Of a stretch of 64,000 nt of DNA, positions 20,197 to 30,076 are shown piece by piece. Made by a program: the position numbers and the translations under genes. The DNA comes from an uncultured Verrucomicrobiae bacterium (lineage in GTDB: Bacteria > Verrucomicrobiota > Verrucomicrobiia > Chthoniobacterales > Chthoniobacteraceae). The notes under the pieces were generated by a model. The model was not told the DNA's origin. It searched no databases and saw nothing but the letters and a program-made list of their open reading frames with translations. Within the stretch, counting starts at the first letter, position 1, and every line of letters begins with the position of its first letter. The stretch lies in the NCBI GenBank assembly GCA_963769025.1, contig CAVYKI010000009.1, positions 1 through 64,000 on the forward strand, in the 5' to 3' direction.

Positions 20197-20520
20197 ATGG
20201 CCGCATCCATCACCACCCGACTGGCAGACATTGAACAACAAATCGACGATGCGGCGGTGCTGTTGAAAAGCGACTCCGGCGTGTCCCCGGCGACGAAGGC
20301 TGTCTTTGACGAATTGCACCGTAAGACAAAGGAAGCTCGCGACACCCTCCGCGGAGCGGATGAGGCGAGGATTCGCGAGCATATCGTGGAGTGTGAACAG
20401 GCCGCAGACAGCGCGAAATACGCCGCCGAGGCTGACCAAGAGATCGCTGGAGAAAGTCGGGACGCCGTGTTGGCCGTCCACGACGCACTCTGCGAATTGA
20501 AAGGGGAGTTAGGCGAGTAA
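20197..20520 (+). CDS. hypothetical helical protein
   Basis: Coherent amphipathic-helix ORF MAASITTRLADIEQQ...HIVECEQAADSAKYAAEAD...HDALCELK with biased codon use. Confidence 0.65.
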   Translation: MAASITTRLADIEQQIDDAAVLLKSDSGVSPATKAVFDELHRKTKEARDTLRGADEARIREHIVECEQAADSAKYAAEADQEIAGESRDAVLAVHDALCELKGELGE

Positions 20521-21501
20521 GCTGCGTGGCAGTACACCCGCGGCAAGCTGACCGAATCGGAATTCGTGACTGCCCCTTTGACGAGGGGCGGCATTCACTC
20601 TTCACTCGCGCAACACGGAAGGGGGGGACCGGTTCAGCGAGTCCGCGTGTCTTGATGGCAGCCTTGATCGTCTCGTATTGGCTCGCGTGTTCGGTCACCT
20701 CGATTCCTTCGAGGAATGTCCGGTAGTTGTGGCCGCCATGTGCGAGCATCGAATTGGTCGCGACGGAGTAGAGGCGCGCCGGTTTGAGAGCTTCACTTCC
20801 GATCATAACCTTGCCCAACCGGCCGCCTTCTTCCGCTTCGCCATCATAGGCAAATCGCACGCCCGAAGTCTGAATCATGCCGCCGACTTTGCTCTGGGGA
20901 TCGTTGCTGAAAGTATTCGTCAGCGATTGTTCGAGGATTGCGCGAATTTGCGAGCCGGTGAGCTTCATGGTCACGACCTTTCCATCGTGCGGCAGGAGGT
21001 GGCGCAATTGTTCGGCGGTGATCGGTCCTGGTTGGAGCGCGACACCGTAGCCTACGCCGGGCAGCAGTGCGAGGTCGCTGCCGGTGGTGTTGCGCAGGAT
21101 TTCCGCAAACAGATGGTCCGCCGGCGAGGCCTCATAGCGTTTCCGGGCGTCCTGACCGGCGAGCGTCTGCGCGCGAGGAATCAAGACGGCGGCTTCGCCT
21201 ATCACTTCGTCGAGTTGTGCGCGAAATGGCTTTTCCATCTCGGCGATCCGCTTCGCTGTCGTGAGGTCCGAAGACACCGTGGCGTTGTCAAGGGCGATCA
21301 GCCGGCGCTGGTGTTTGGCGATCCGCCCCTCGGCGATGGTAAGGTCGAGGCGCCCGACATCGGAGCCATGCGCGCCGGCTTGCACGATAAGGGTGCGGCC
21401 AATTCGCAATGCCTCTGCCATGCGGTTGTGGCTGTGGCCGCCGACGATTACGTCGATTTCCGGAACCGCCTCCGCGAGCTTCTTGTCCGCCCCAAGCCCT
21501 A

Positions 21502-22391
21502 GAGCGTGTCATGCACTTTGACGGAAGAGCGAGCCGAGCATGAGGGTAATGAAGGCCAGCCAGTGAAGGCCGGCAAAAGTTTGGGGCAATCGTTCGTAGT
21601 CCTTGGCCAGTCTGCGGAAGCGCGCCATCCAGGCGAAGGAACGTTCCACCACCCAGCGCCTGGGCAGGAGGACAAACCCGCGCTTGGCCGTGCTGAGTTT
21701 GACCACTTCGAGCTGGATGCCCTGCGCTGCGGCGGCGTCCGCCGCGTCCCGGCCGGTGTAGCCTTGGTCCACATACGCCAGCCCGACGCTCTGCCCGGTG
21801 GCTTGCTGCACTTCTTTGGCCAGCGCCTCGACTTGCGCGCGCTCCTGCTGGTCGGCGCTGGTCACGCGCAGCGCCAGCAAATGTCCGAGCGTGTCCACCG
21901 CGATATGCACCTTCGAACCCTTGCGCCGCTTGTGCCCGTCATAGCCCGCGCGCGCCCCGCTCTCGGGCGTGGATTGCACCGTCCGTCCATCAAGGACCAC
22001 CGCGCTCGGCTCCTCCGCGCGTTCCAGGATCAAGCGCAGGATGCGCCGCAGGTCCGCCGCCATGTCCTCGAAAATCCCCGCCGCGATCCAACGCAGCGTC
22101 TGCTGCTGGATCGCCTGCCAGGGCGGCAGGTCGTGCGGCAGCATCCGCCACGGGCAGCCCGCACGCACCATGTAACGCAGCCCGTTGAACACCGTGCGCA
22201 ATGCATGCTTTCTCTGCGCAGCTTCCTCATTCATCAGCGTCAGGTACGGTGCGCAAAACGCCCACTCCTCGTCGGTGACGTCGCTCGGATACGTTTTCTT
22301 TTGGTCAGTTTTGTGTGCCATCCCGAGCCTGATGCCGGGATGTATTTACAAAGTACAGACCTTTCTTTCAACCCAAGTGCATGACACGCTC
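21502..22391 (-). mobile_element. IS5-family insertion sequence (about 890 bp)
   Basis: Perfect terminal inverted repeats (CTA)GAGCGTGTCATGCACTT / AAGTGCATGACACGCTC(TAG); CTAG on both sides (21499-21502 and 22391-22394). Confidence 0.95.
21509..22321 (-). CDS. IS5-family DDE transposase
   Basis: YPSDVTDEEW, GCPWRMLPHDLPPW, VLDGRTV, GYDGHKRRKGSK.HIAVDTLG, VDQGY, RRWVVERSFAW..RFRRL. Confidence 0.95.
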   Translation of the reverse strand: MAHKTDQKKTYPSDVTDEEWAFCAPYLTLMNEEAAQRKHALRTVFNGLRYMVRAGCPWRMLPHDLPPWQAIQQQTLRWIAAGIFEDMAADLRRILRLILERAEEPSAVVLDGRTVQSTPESGARAGYDGHKRRKGSKVHIAVDTLGHLLALRVTSADQQERAQVEALAKEVQQATGQSVGLAYVDQGYTGRDAADAAAAQGIQLEVVKLSTAKRGFVLLPRRWVVERSFAWMARFRRLAKDYERLPQTFAGLHWLAFITLMLGSLFRQSA

Positions 22392-23035
22392 TAGATGCGT
22401 AAGGGCGATGATGATCTGCGCGCCATCCATTTTCATCCTCGGGATATAGCGCTGCGCTGCCTCCGCCGCGGGACCGAACTCAAGATCCTCGACGTTCTTC
22501 TTCCCAGTCGTCAGCGGCGTGTTCGGATAGCCGAGGCCGAGGATGCCGATCTTCACTCCGCCGACTTCGCGCACTACGTACGCCTTTGTGAATAGCCCGC
22601 CGGTTGTGCGTTCCGTGACATTCGCTGCGAGCACCGGGAACTTCGCGCCGGCGATCCACTTCCGGAGTTCGCCGGCCGTGAAGTCCGGCTCATGATTGCC
22701 TATTGCCATGGCGTCGTAGCCGACGGCGTTCATGAGCTCGAGCAAGGAACGACCGTGCGTGAGGTCGGCGATCATGGTGTCGCCCAGCGCGTCGCCGGCA
22801 TCGAGGAGCAGGACATTTCCCGTTTGGGCACGGACTTGTTTCACCACGGCTGCGAGGCGGTCGAAGCCTCCAATCGTTTTGCCAGCGAGTTCGCCTTCCC
22901 ACCCGCGCCACGGGCGGATGTGGCCGTGGACGTCATTGGTATGCAAGATCGTGATCACAGTTGCCTCCTCAGCCCGGGTGACCATCCCCGCCGCAAGCAG
23001 CGAGATGAGCAGAATATTCATGACTCATGACGGTG

Positions 23036-23491
23036 TTACCCACCGATCTTGATGTAGGAATAACCTTCAGCCTGTTTGCGGATCACTTCGCCGATGCCTG
23101 AATCCACAGTGGTGGCTTGCTCGATGAGATCCTTTTTCTCGACCTTATCGCGCCGCATCGTATTTTCGCAGGCTGCAAAGGCGACGCCGGCTGCATGGAG
23201 TTTTGAGAGCTTCTCCTTCATCTCGGAATTTTCTGCAGCGTTTTTGGCGATGAGCATGCCGAGGCCTTTACCGTGCGTCACGATTACGAACGTGCTCGTT
23301 TTTCCTCCCAGTGATTTTTGTGCGTTTTCCACATTTCGAAGCGCGCCAAGCCATTTTTCGGAGCCTTCAGAAGTGACTTCAAAGACGACCTTGTGTGCTT
23401 TTTCAGTGGCGGATTTGTCAGTTTCGGCAGTCATGGTAGCAATGGGAGCGAGAGTAAAAATGGCGAAGGCGAGGGTGAGTAGAAGTTTCAT
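23036..23491 (-). CDS. secreted DsrE/DsrF-like family protein
   Basis: Signal peptide, HKVVFEV, IVTHGKGL, GVAFAACENTM, VDSGIGEVIRKQAEGYSYIK. Confidence 0.85.
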   Translation of the reverse strand: MKLLLTLAFAIFTLAPIATMTAETDKSATEKAHKVVFEVTSEGSEKWLGALRNVENAQKSLGGKTSTFVIVTHGKGLGMLIAKNAAENSEMKEKLSKLHAAGVAFAACENTMRRDKVEKKDLIEQATTVDSGIGEVIRKQAEGYSYIKIGG

Positions 23492-24649
23492 GGATTCATT
23501 TGTTTGGGTTCGATGCAGCGGATTCAGTGGTTGTTGATTTTGACCCACGGCTGGTGGTATCTGGAGCCGAAGCGGGAGCATGAGGATCCGTCAGCAAGCG
23601 CCGAGGCGGTATGCGTCGCTCAGCCGTAGGGAAAACATCATGGTGGATGGGGGCATGGGAGAGATAACGCTCTAACCCATCATCGCATGCCTTCTCCGAG
23701 CGGCTGTATCCGTAATTAGACCGGTCCCTGATTTTCCGGATTTTGCCCTACGCGATTCGGTAGGGAGTCGATGCGAGAGCCTTCGCTTCCGGCGGCGGCT
23801 TTGGAATGCCACTTGGAGGATGGCATCTGCTCTGGAAATGTTCCGGCAGCACTCCCAAGATAAGGTGCGGAAAACCAGCGCTCGATGCTGGAGTGTGACG
23901 CGATCCGCCCCGTGCGGGTGGCACCGGGGCACACGGGATGAAGCGTGCGAGCGTAGACGAATGGAGGAAGGAACGGAAGTTCCCGCTCCACCGTCACTTC
24001 TGCGCCGGCTCTGTCGTCGCCAAATCTCTGCATTTTATGCCGAACCGAGTTGCACGGTAAGAGCGCACCGTGAAATCAACCAGCACTGGCCCCGCCTTGA
24101 AACGCATGGTCTGCCACCGTGGCGCACGGCGACGATCCCTCCGGAGACCGGGGTTGGCCTCGCAGAGACGCAGCGCTTGAGTCTCGCCGTGAGTTCATCC
24201 TCACACTTCGGGTCCGCCTCGCAAGGCAGAAGCGGGAATTTTATCCCATCCAGCATTCGGTTGTAATCCCGCCGATTCTTGCTTTCCCCGTTTTCGACTT
24301 AGTACACCCAGATGAGCTGCTCTGGCTTGGGTCGCCGGACCGCAAGTTCACGTGTTGCTGAAGATTGCCCAAAGATGCTGCTCTTGACTATTTCCCAGTC
24401 GTAAGCTGCCTCAAGCGGCAGGCGGTTCAGTCGCACCAAACTCCTCACCCCGCGGCATCCGCGACAGGAGTTTCTTGGTGTTGACCGGGAGTTTCACTTC
24501 TTTGAAGGTCGTGAGATTGTAGATTGAGGGAGCGACCAAGACGGATTCAGGTCGTGGCAAAGAGTTAGTAGGTCCCGCTTCGATGACGCCACGAATTCTG
24601 ACGCCTTGTCTTCTCCCAGGTTTTAGCGCTTTTGTCGTGTTTCGTGCCG

Positions 24650-24673
24650 GCACTGTAGTAAAGCACTGTAGTA
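24650..24673 (+). repeat. tandem 11-bp direct repeat GCACTGTAGTA x2
   Basis: Copies at 24650-24660 and 24663-24673, 46 nt upstream of tRNA-Arg. Confidence 0.85.
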
Positions 24674-24719
24674 CGCCAAGTGAAAAGGCAGTGGCGTGCA
24701 GCCATTAAACAGAGTAAAA

Positions 24720-24796
24720 GCACCTGTAGCTCAACCGGATAGAGCAGCGGTCTTCTAAACCGCAGGTTACGAGTTCGACTCTCGTCGGGTGCGCCA
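24720..24796 (+). tRNA. tRNA-Arg (anticodon TCT)
   Basis: GCACCTG acceptor / CGGGTGC-G-CCA; D-arm TAGCTCAACCGGATAGAGC; anticodon arm GCGGT-CTTCTAA-ACCGC; T-loop TTCGACT. Confidence 0.97.
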
Positions 24797-24882
24797 TCTT
24801 TTCTGATTTCCATCCGGCGGCGCTTGAGATTCTGTCGGCGCGTGTTTCTCCCCAAGCGCCTCATCGGTTTGCATCTGCCGGA

Positions 24883-26283
24883 ATGAATCCACTGCTCTTG
24901 CTCGGCTGCGGCATGGCGATCGTCGTGGGCGGCATTCTCTGGTTGCGGATGCACGCGTTTCTCGCGCTGGTGCTCGGTGCGTACGCCGTGGCGATGCTCA
25001 CGCCGCGAGAGGTGCTGAGCGGGTATGCGGATGGTCGCGCGGCGAAGGGCGAGATCACGGCGAAGGCCGCCGCCGCTTTTCCTGACAAGCCGCCGGCGAC
25101 GCGCGTTGCCGAGGAATTCGGCCGCACGTGCGCGAGCCTCGGCATCCTCATCGCGATGGCGGGCATCCTCGGCGAGGCGATGCTGCTCTCTGGCGCGGCG
25201 GAATCGATTGCCAACGCGCTGCTCCGACTGCTCGGCGCGGCGCGGGCGCACTGGGCGTTCTTCACGACATCCTTCGTGCTGTGCATCCCGGTATTCTTCG
25301 AGACGGTGTTCTATCTCCTCTCTCCGCTGACGAAGGTCGTCGCGCGCCGGACGGGGAAAAACTACCTGCTGCTCGTGATGTGCACGGTAGCTGGCGGCAC
25401 GATCACCCATTCGCTGGTTCCGCCGACGCCCGGTCCGCTCTTCACCGCACAGGCGCTGGAGGTCCCGCTCTGGCTGATGATGCTGGTGGGCACGATCATC
25501 GGCACGGGCGCGGCGCTCTTTGGTGTGCTGTTCGCGCATTTCTCCAACCGCCGCCACACGCTTGAGGTTCCTGCCGAGGACGTCGCCGTCGCGGATGCCG
25601 CGCCGCATCGCAGGCTGCCGCCGCTCTGGCTGGCGCTGGTGCCGGTGTTCCTGCCCGTGCTGCTCATCGGAATCGAGGCCACGCTGGAGGCGACGCCGGG
25701 CACGCACATCGCTTGGGCGCTGCGGACCTTCGGCGACAAGGACATGGCGGTCACGCTCGGCACGCTCGTCGCGCTGCTCATGCTCGTGCGGCAAGGCGGC
25801 ATCGCGCAGGTGGGCAAGGCGGTCTCCCTCGCCGTCGCCACAGGCGCGACCATCCTGCTCATCATCGGCGCGGGTGGCGCATTCGGCGGCGTGCTCCGGC
25901 AGACAGGAATCTCCGAGACCCTCGGCGCGATGCTCACCGGCACGCACCTGCTCGCGCTGCCCGCCGTGTTTCTCATCACCGCGCTCGTCCGCACCGCGCA
26001 AGGCTCCGCGACCGTCGCGATGATCACCGCCGCGCCGATCGCGAAGGCATTCATCGACAGCGGCCACTCGGCAATCGCCCCGGTCTATCTCGCCGTCGCC
26101 ATCGGCTGCGGCTCAAAGCCCTTCCCGTGGATGAACGACGGAGGATTCTGGGTCATCAGCCGGCTGTCCGGCCTGCGCGAAGACCAGACGCTGCGCACCG
26201 TCTCGCCGATGATGTCGCTGCAAGGCGTCGCCGGCCTCGTGCTCACGATGCTCGCCGCGTGGCTCATCCCGCTGCATAAGTAG
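24883..26283 (+). CDS. GntP-family sugar-acid permease
   Basis: LRMHAFLAL, IPVFFETVF, HSLVPPTPGP, RTAQGSATVAMIT, WMNDGGFW. Confidence 0.92.
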   Translation: MNPLLLLGCGMAIVVGGILWLRMHAFLALVLGAYAVAMLTPREVLSGYADGRAAKGEITAKAAAAFPDKPPATRVAEEFGRTCASLGILIAMAGILGEAMLLSGAAESIANALLRLLGAARAHWAFFTTSFVLCIPVFFETVFYLLSPLTKVVARRTGKNYLLLVMCTVAGGTITHSLVPPTPGPLFTAQALEVPLWLMMLVGTIIGTGAALFGVLFAHFSNRRHTLEVPAEDVAVADAAPHRRLPPLWLALVPVFLPVLLIGIEATLEATPGTHIAWALRTFGDKDMAVTLGTLVALLMLVRQGGIAQVGKAVSLAVATGATILLIIGAGGAFGGVLRQTGISETLGAMLTGTHLLALPAVFLITALVRTAQGSATVAMITAAPIAKAFIDSGHSAIAPVYLAVAIGCGSKPFPWMNDGGFWVISRLSGLREDQTLRTVSPMMSLQGVAGLVLTMLAAWLIPLHK

Positions 26284-26354
26284 GCGATCACGATCTCGGT
26301 GCGCGCGCATTTCCAGCTTCGCACTTCGCGAGGCGACAAATAGTAATCCTCTCC

Positions 26355-28088
26355 ATGCCGTCCGAAACGCGACTCACTCCCGAGCAACTCCGCTCCTACC
26401 GCTGGTTTGGCCCGAACGATCTGCGCAGTTTCGGGCACCGTTCGCGTGCGCGGCAGATGGGGCTCGGGCCGGCGGACTGGCAGGGGAAGCCGGTCATCGC
26501 GATCCTCAACACCTGGTCGGAACTCGTGCCGTGTCATCTCCATTTCAAAATCCTCGCGGAAAATGTGAAGCGCGGCGTTCTGCAGGCGGGCGGGATGCCG
26601 GTCGAGATTCCCGTGCTCGCGCTGAGCGAGACGTACATGAAGCCGACGGCGATGCTCTATCGCAACCTCCTCGCGATGGAGGCGGAGGAAGTCATCCGCT
26701 CGCAGCCGATCGACGGCGTGGTGCTGCTCGGCGGCTGCGACAAGACCACGCCCGCGCTCATCATGGGTGCGACCTCGGCGGGGCTGCCGTTCATCTTCGT
26801 GCCGGGCGGGCCGATGCTGCGCGGCAACTGGCACGGCGAGACGCTCGGCAGCGGCTCGGATGCGTGGAAGTATTGGGATGAAAAGCGCGCAGGCAAAATC
26901 AGCGAAGCCGAGTGGTGTGAAATCGAAGACGGCATCGCACGCTCGCACGGGCACTGCATGACGATGGGCACCGCGGCCACGATGACGGCGATCGCGGAAA
27001 CGCTGGGGCTCACGCTGCCGGGGGCGTCGTCCATTCCCGCCGTGGACATGGCGCACTTGCGCATGGCCGCGGAGTCCGGCCGGCAGATCGTGGAGAATGT
27101 GTGGCGCGACCAGCGGCCCGCGGAGTTGCTGACGCCCGAATCTTTTCACAACGCGATCGTGGCGGAAATGGCGCTGGGTGGATCCACCAACGCGATCATC
27201 CACCTCATCGCGATGGCCGGGCGCGCAGGCGTGTCGCTGCCGCTGGAGAAATTCGACGACGTTTCGCGCCGCACTCCGCGCCTCGCCGACCTGCGACCTG
27301 CGGGACGTTTCCTGATGGAGGACTTTTACTACGCGGGCGGCCTGCGCGCGTTGCTCGCGCAACTGCCGGACTTGCTCCACGGCGATGCGACGACGGTGAA
27401 TGGCAGGACGCTGCGCGAGAACATTGCGGGCGCACAGATTCACAACACCGAAGTCATCCGCCCGCGCGACCGGGCCATTTCCGAGGAAGGCGGCACGGCA
27501 GTCCTGCGCGGAAACCTCGCGCCGCGCGGCGCGGTGATCAAACACGCGGCGATGGAAGAGCGGTTCATGAAACACACTGGCCCAGCCGTGGTCTTCCGCG
27601 ACTACAACGATCTTGCCGCGCGCATCGACGATCCGGCCCTGCCGGTCACGCCGGATTCGGTGATCGTGCTGCAAAGCGCCGGCCCCATCGGCGCACCGGG
27701 GATGCCGGAGTGGGGGATGCTTCCGATTCCGAAGAAGCTCATCGAGCAGGGCGTCCGCGACATGCTGCGCATCTCCGACTCGCGGATGAGCGGCACGAGC
27801 TACGGGGCGTGCGTGCTGCACGTCGCGCCGGAATCCGCCGTCGGCGGGCCGCTCGCGCTCGTGCAAGACGGCGACCTGATCGCGCTCGATGTCGCCGCCC
27901 GGCGGCTCGATCTGATGATTCCGGAAGCCGAGCTGGCCGCCCGCAAAGCGGCATGGAAGGAACGCCCGAAGCTTGCCCAGCGCGGCTATCTGTCACTCTT
28001 CCTCAATGAGACGACGCAGGCAGACGAAGGCTGCGATTTCCGATTCCTCCACCACAGCGCCGCAAGCCCGGAACCCGAGATTCACTGA
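26355..28088 (+). CDS. IlvD/Edd-family sugar-acid dehydratase (L-arabinonate dehydratase-like)
   Basis: NTWSELVPCH, MKPTAMLYRNL, GCDKTTP, GHCMTMGTA, GGSTNA, GAPGMPEWG, ISDSRMSGTSYG. Confidence 0.92.
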   Translation: MPSETRLTPEQLRSYRWFGPNDLRSFGHRSRARQMGLGPADWQGKPVIAILNTWSELVPCHLHFKILAENVKRGVLQAGGMPVEIPVLALSETYMKPTAMLYRNLLAMEAEEVIRSQPIDGVVLLGGCDKTTPALIMGATSAGLPFIFVPGGPMLRGNWHGETLGSGSDAWKYWDEKRAGKISEAEWCEIEDGIARSHGHCMTMGTAATMTAIAETLGLTLPGASSIPAVDMAHLRMAAESGRQIVENVWRDQRPAELLTPESFHNAIVAEMALGGSTNAIIHLIAMAGRAGVSLPLEKFDDVSRRTPRLADLRPAGRFLMEDFYYAGGLRALLAQLPDLLHGDATTVNGRTLRENIAGAQIHNTEVIRPRDRAISEEGGTAVLRGNLAPRGAVIKHAAMEERFMKHTGPAVVFRDYNDLAARIDDPALPVTPDSVIVLQSAGPIGAPGMPEWGMLPIPKKLIEQGVRDMLRISDSRMSGTSYGACVLHVAPESAVGGPLALVQDGDLIALDVAARRLDLMIPEAELAARKAAWKERPKLAQRGYLSLFLNETTQADEGCDFRFLHHSAASPEPEIH

Positions 28089-28094
28089 CCCACG

Positions 28095-29027
28095 ATGAAA
28101 ACCAAATTCACCCTCTCCGACCTGAACCGCTCCGTGATTGCCGTCCCCCCGCTTTGCCGGGATGCCTCGCTCAAGGTCAGCGCGGCGGAGAATGCGAAGC
28201 TCATCCGGCACATCGAGGCCGGCGGCGTCTCGACGCTGCTCTACGGCGGCAACGCGAACTTCTACAACATCGCGCCGACGGAATACGGCGCCGTGCTCGA
28301 CATGCTCGAAGAGAGCACCGCGCCCGACACGTGGGTGATTCCGTCGGTCGGACCGTATTTCGGCACGGTGATGGATCAGGCGACGAGCCTCGCTCGGCGG
28401 AAATTTCCCACCGCGATGGTGCTGCCGACCCTCGCGGTCAGTTCCCCGGAAGGCGTGCGCGAAGCGGTGATGGCGTTCACCGAGCGCGCGGGCATCCCGG
28501 CGGTGCTGTACGTGAAGGACGAAAAATATGTGACGGTCGATGTGGTGAAGGCGCTCGTTGCCGCCGGTGTCATCTCATGGATCAAGTACGCCGTCGTGCG
28601 CAAGGATACGGCCGAGGATCCGCTGCTGTGCGGGATCGTGGACAACGTGGACCCCGCGCTCATCGTCAGCGGAATCGGCGAACAGCCCATCATCACCCAT
28701 TGGAAGACATTCGGCATCCGCGCCTTTACCTCCGGCTGCGTCTGCATCGCTCCCCGCCGTTCGCAGGAGATGCTCCGCGCGATGCAAAACGGCGACTTTG
28801 CAAGGGCGGATATGATCCGCGAGCGTTTCAACTCCCTCGAAGCGCTGCGCAACGCTCATGGCCCGATCCCGGTTTTGCACGAGGCAGTCGCACTCGCGGG
28901 GATCGCGGGCACAGGCCCGCATCTCCCGTTGCTCGGAAAGTTGGAACAACAACTGGAAGCGCCAATCCACGCAGCCGCAAAGGGACTGCTCGGGTGGAAC
29001 GGATCGGCCGCTGCGGACCGGCCATGA
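28095..29027 (+). CDS. DHDPS/DapA-family lyase (probable 2-keto-3-deoxy sugar-acid dehydratase or aldolase)
   Basis: VIAVPPL, LLYGGNANFY, Schiff-base IKYAV, FTSGCVC; operonic with the dehydratase. Confidence 0.8.
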   Translation: MKTKFTLSDLNRSVIAVPPLCRDASLKVSAAENAKLIRHIEAGGVSTLLYGGNANFYNIAPTEYGAVLDMLEESTAPDTWVIPSVGPYFGTVMDQATSLARRKFPTAMVLPTLAVSSPEGVREAVMAFTERAGIPAVLYVKDEKYVTVDVVKALVAAGVISWIKYAVVRKDTAEDPLLCGIVDNVDPALIVSGIGEQPIITHWKTFGIRAFTSGCVCIAPRRSQEMLRAMQNGDFARADMIRERFNSLEALRNAHGPIPVLHEAVALAGIAGTGPHLPLLGKLEQQLEAPIHAAAKGLLGWNGSAAADRP

Positions 29028-30055
29028 GCCGCGCGGACGATGAAAATTTCATGCGCCTCGCGCTGCGGGAGGCGGCGAGGGGAGTCGGGCGTACGGCGCC
29101 GAATCCGGCAGTGGGTGCGGTGATCGTGAAAGGCGGGCGCGTGCTCGCCAAAGGATGGCACCGGTGTGCCGGCGGCGCGCACGCGGAGGTCGAGGCGCTG
29201 CGGTCCTTGAAGAGGCCGGCGCTTGCAAGCGGCGCGACGCTCTACGTCACGCTGGAGCCGTGCTCGACGCACGGGCGCACGCCGCCGTGCACGGATGCGA
29301 TCGTGGAAGCGGGCCTCGCGCGCGTGGTCACGGGCGCGACGGACCCAAACCCGCGTCACGCGGGGCGAGGGTTCGTCGTTTTGAATAAGGCAGGGGTTTC
29401 CGTGACCAGCGGGATTCTCGGCGAGGAGTGCGCCGCGCTGAATGTGGCGTTCAACAAGTGGGTGACGACAGGCCTGCCGCTCGTCATTGCCAAGGCCGGA
29501 CTCTCACTGGATGGAAGGCTGACGCGTCCGCCGGGGGAAGGATCCTGGCTGACGAGTGTGCAGTCGCGCGCTGACGCGATGCGGTTGCGTGCCCAGGTGG
29601 ACGCGATTCTCGTCGGCGCTGGCACAGTGAGGGCGGACAATCCGCGGCTGACCGTGCGCGGGCTGCGTCCCGCTGCGGCTCGGCAGCCGTGGCGGGTCGT
29701 GCTTACGCAGACCGGGCGTCTGCCCAAGAAGGCGCACGTTTTCTGCGACGAACACCGGGAGCGCACGCTGGTATTTCGCGGCAAGTCGCTGCGGGCCGTG
29801 CTCCGCAATCTCGCGAAGCGTGGATGCACGAGTGTGATGATAGAGGGTGGGGGGACGCTCCTTGGGGCTGCGTTCGATGCACGGCTGGTGGACCGGGTGC
29901 AGTTTTACCTCGCGCCGCTTCTGTGCGGCGGCCCAGACGTTATCGGTGGGCTGGGTGCGGGCAGTACGCGCGAATCGGTGAAGCTTGAGAACATCACCCG
30001 CCGCCGCATGGGCCCGGACATCCTGCTGAAGGCGGATGTGCGCTACGGCGCGTGA
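29024..30055 (+). CDS. ribD: riboflavin biosynthesis deaminase/reductase RibD
   Basis: TAPNPAVGAV, HAEVEAL, TLEPCSTHGRTPPC, SLDG, VMIEGGG. Confidence 0.95.
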   Translation: MSRADDENFMRLALREAARGVGRTAPNPAVGAVIVKGGRVLAKGWHRCAGGAHAEVEALRSLKRPALASGATLYVTLEPCSTHGRTPPCTDAIVEAGLARVVTGATDPNPRHAGRGFVVLNKAGVSVTSGILGEECAALNVAFNKWVTTGLPLVIAKAGLSLDGRLTRPPGEGSWLTSVQSRADAMRLRAQVDAILVGAGTVRADNPRLTVRGLRPAAARQPWRVVLTQTGRLPKKAHVFCDEHRERTLVFRGKSLRAVLRNLAKRGCTSVMIEGGGTLLGAAFDARLVDRVQFYLAPLLCGGPDVIGGLGAGSTRESVKLENITRRRMGPDILLKADVRYGA

Positions 30056-30076
30056 TCCGGACGGCTGCGTGCCGGA

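Larger units (their letters stand above)
20590..23021 (-). pseudogene. secreted bifunctional metallophosphatase/5'-nucleotidase interrupted by IS5
   Basis: N-half ILHTNDVHGH, LLDAGD, GNHEPD; C-half DVIVGGHSH and 5'-NT C-domain. Removing the IS rejoins the frame as ALTHLGLGADKKLAE. The 3' end is approximate (the frame runs on to 20210). Confidence 0.9.

Noticed and set aside
28154..29023. Apparent 290-aa N-terminal extension of RibD
   Set aside because: Overlaps the DHDPS-like gene in another frame; the true start is ATG 29024
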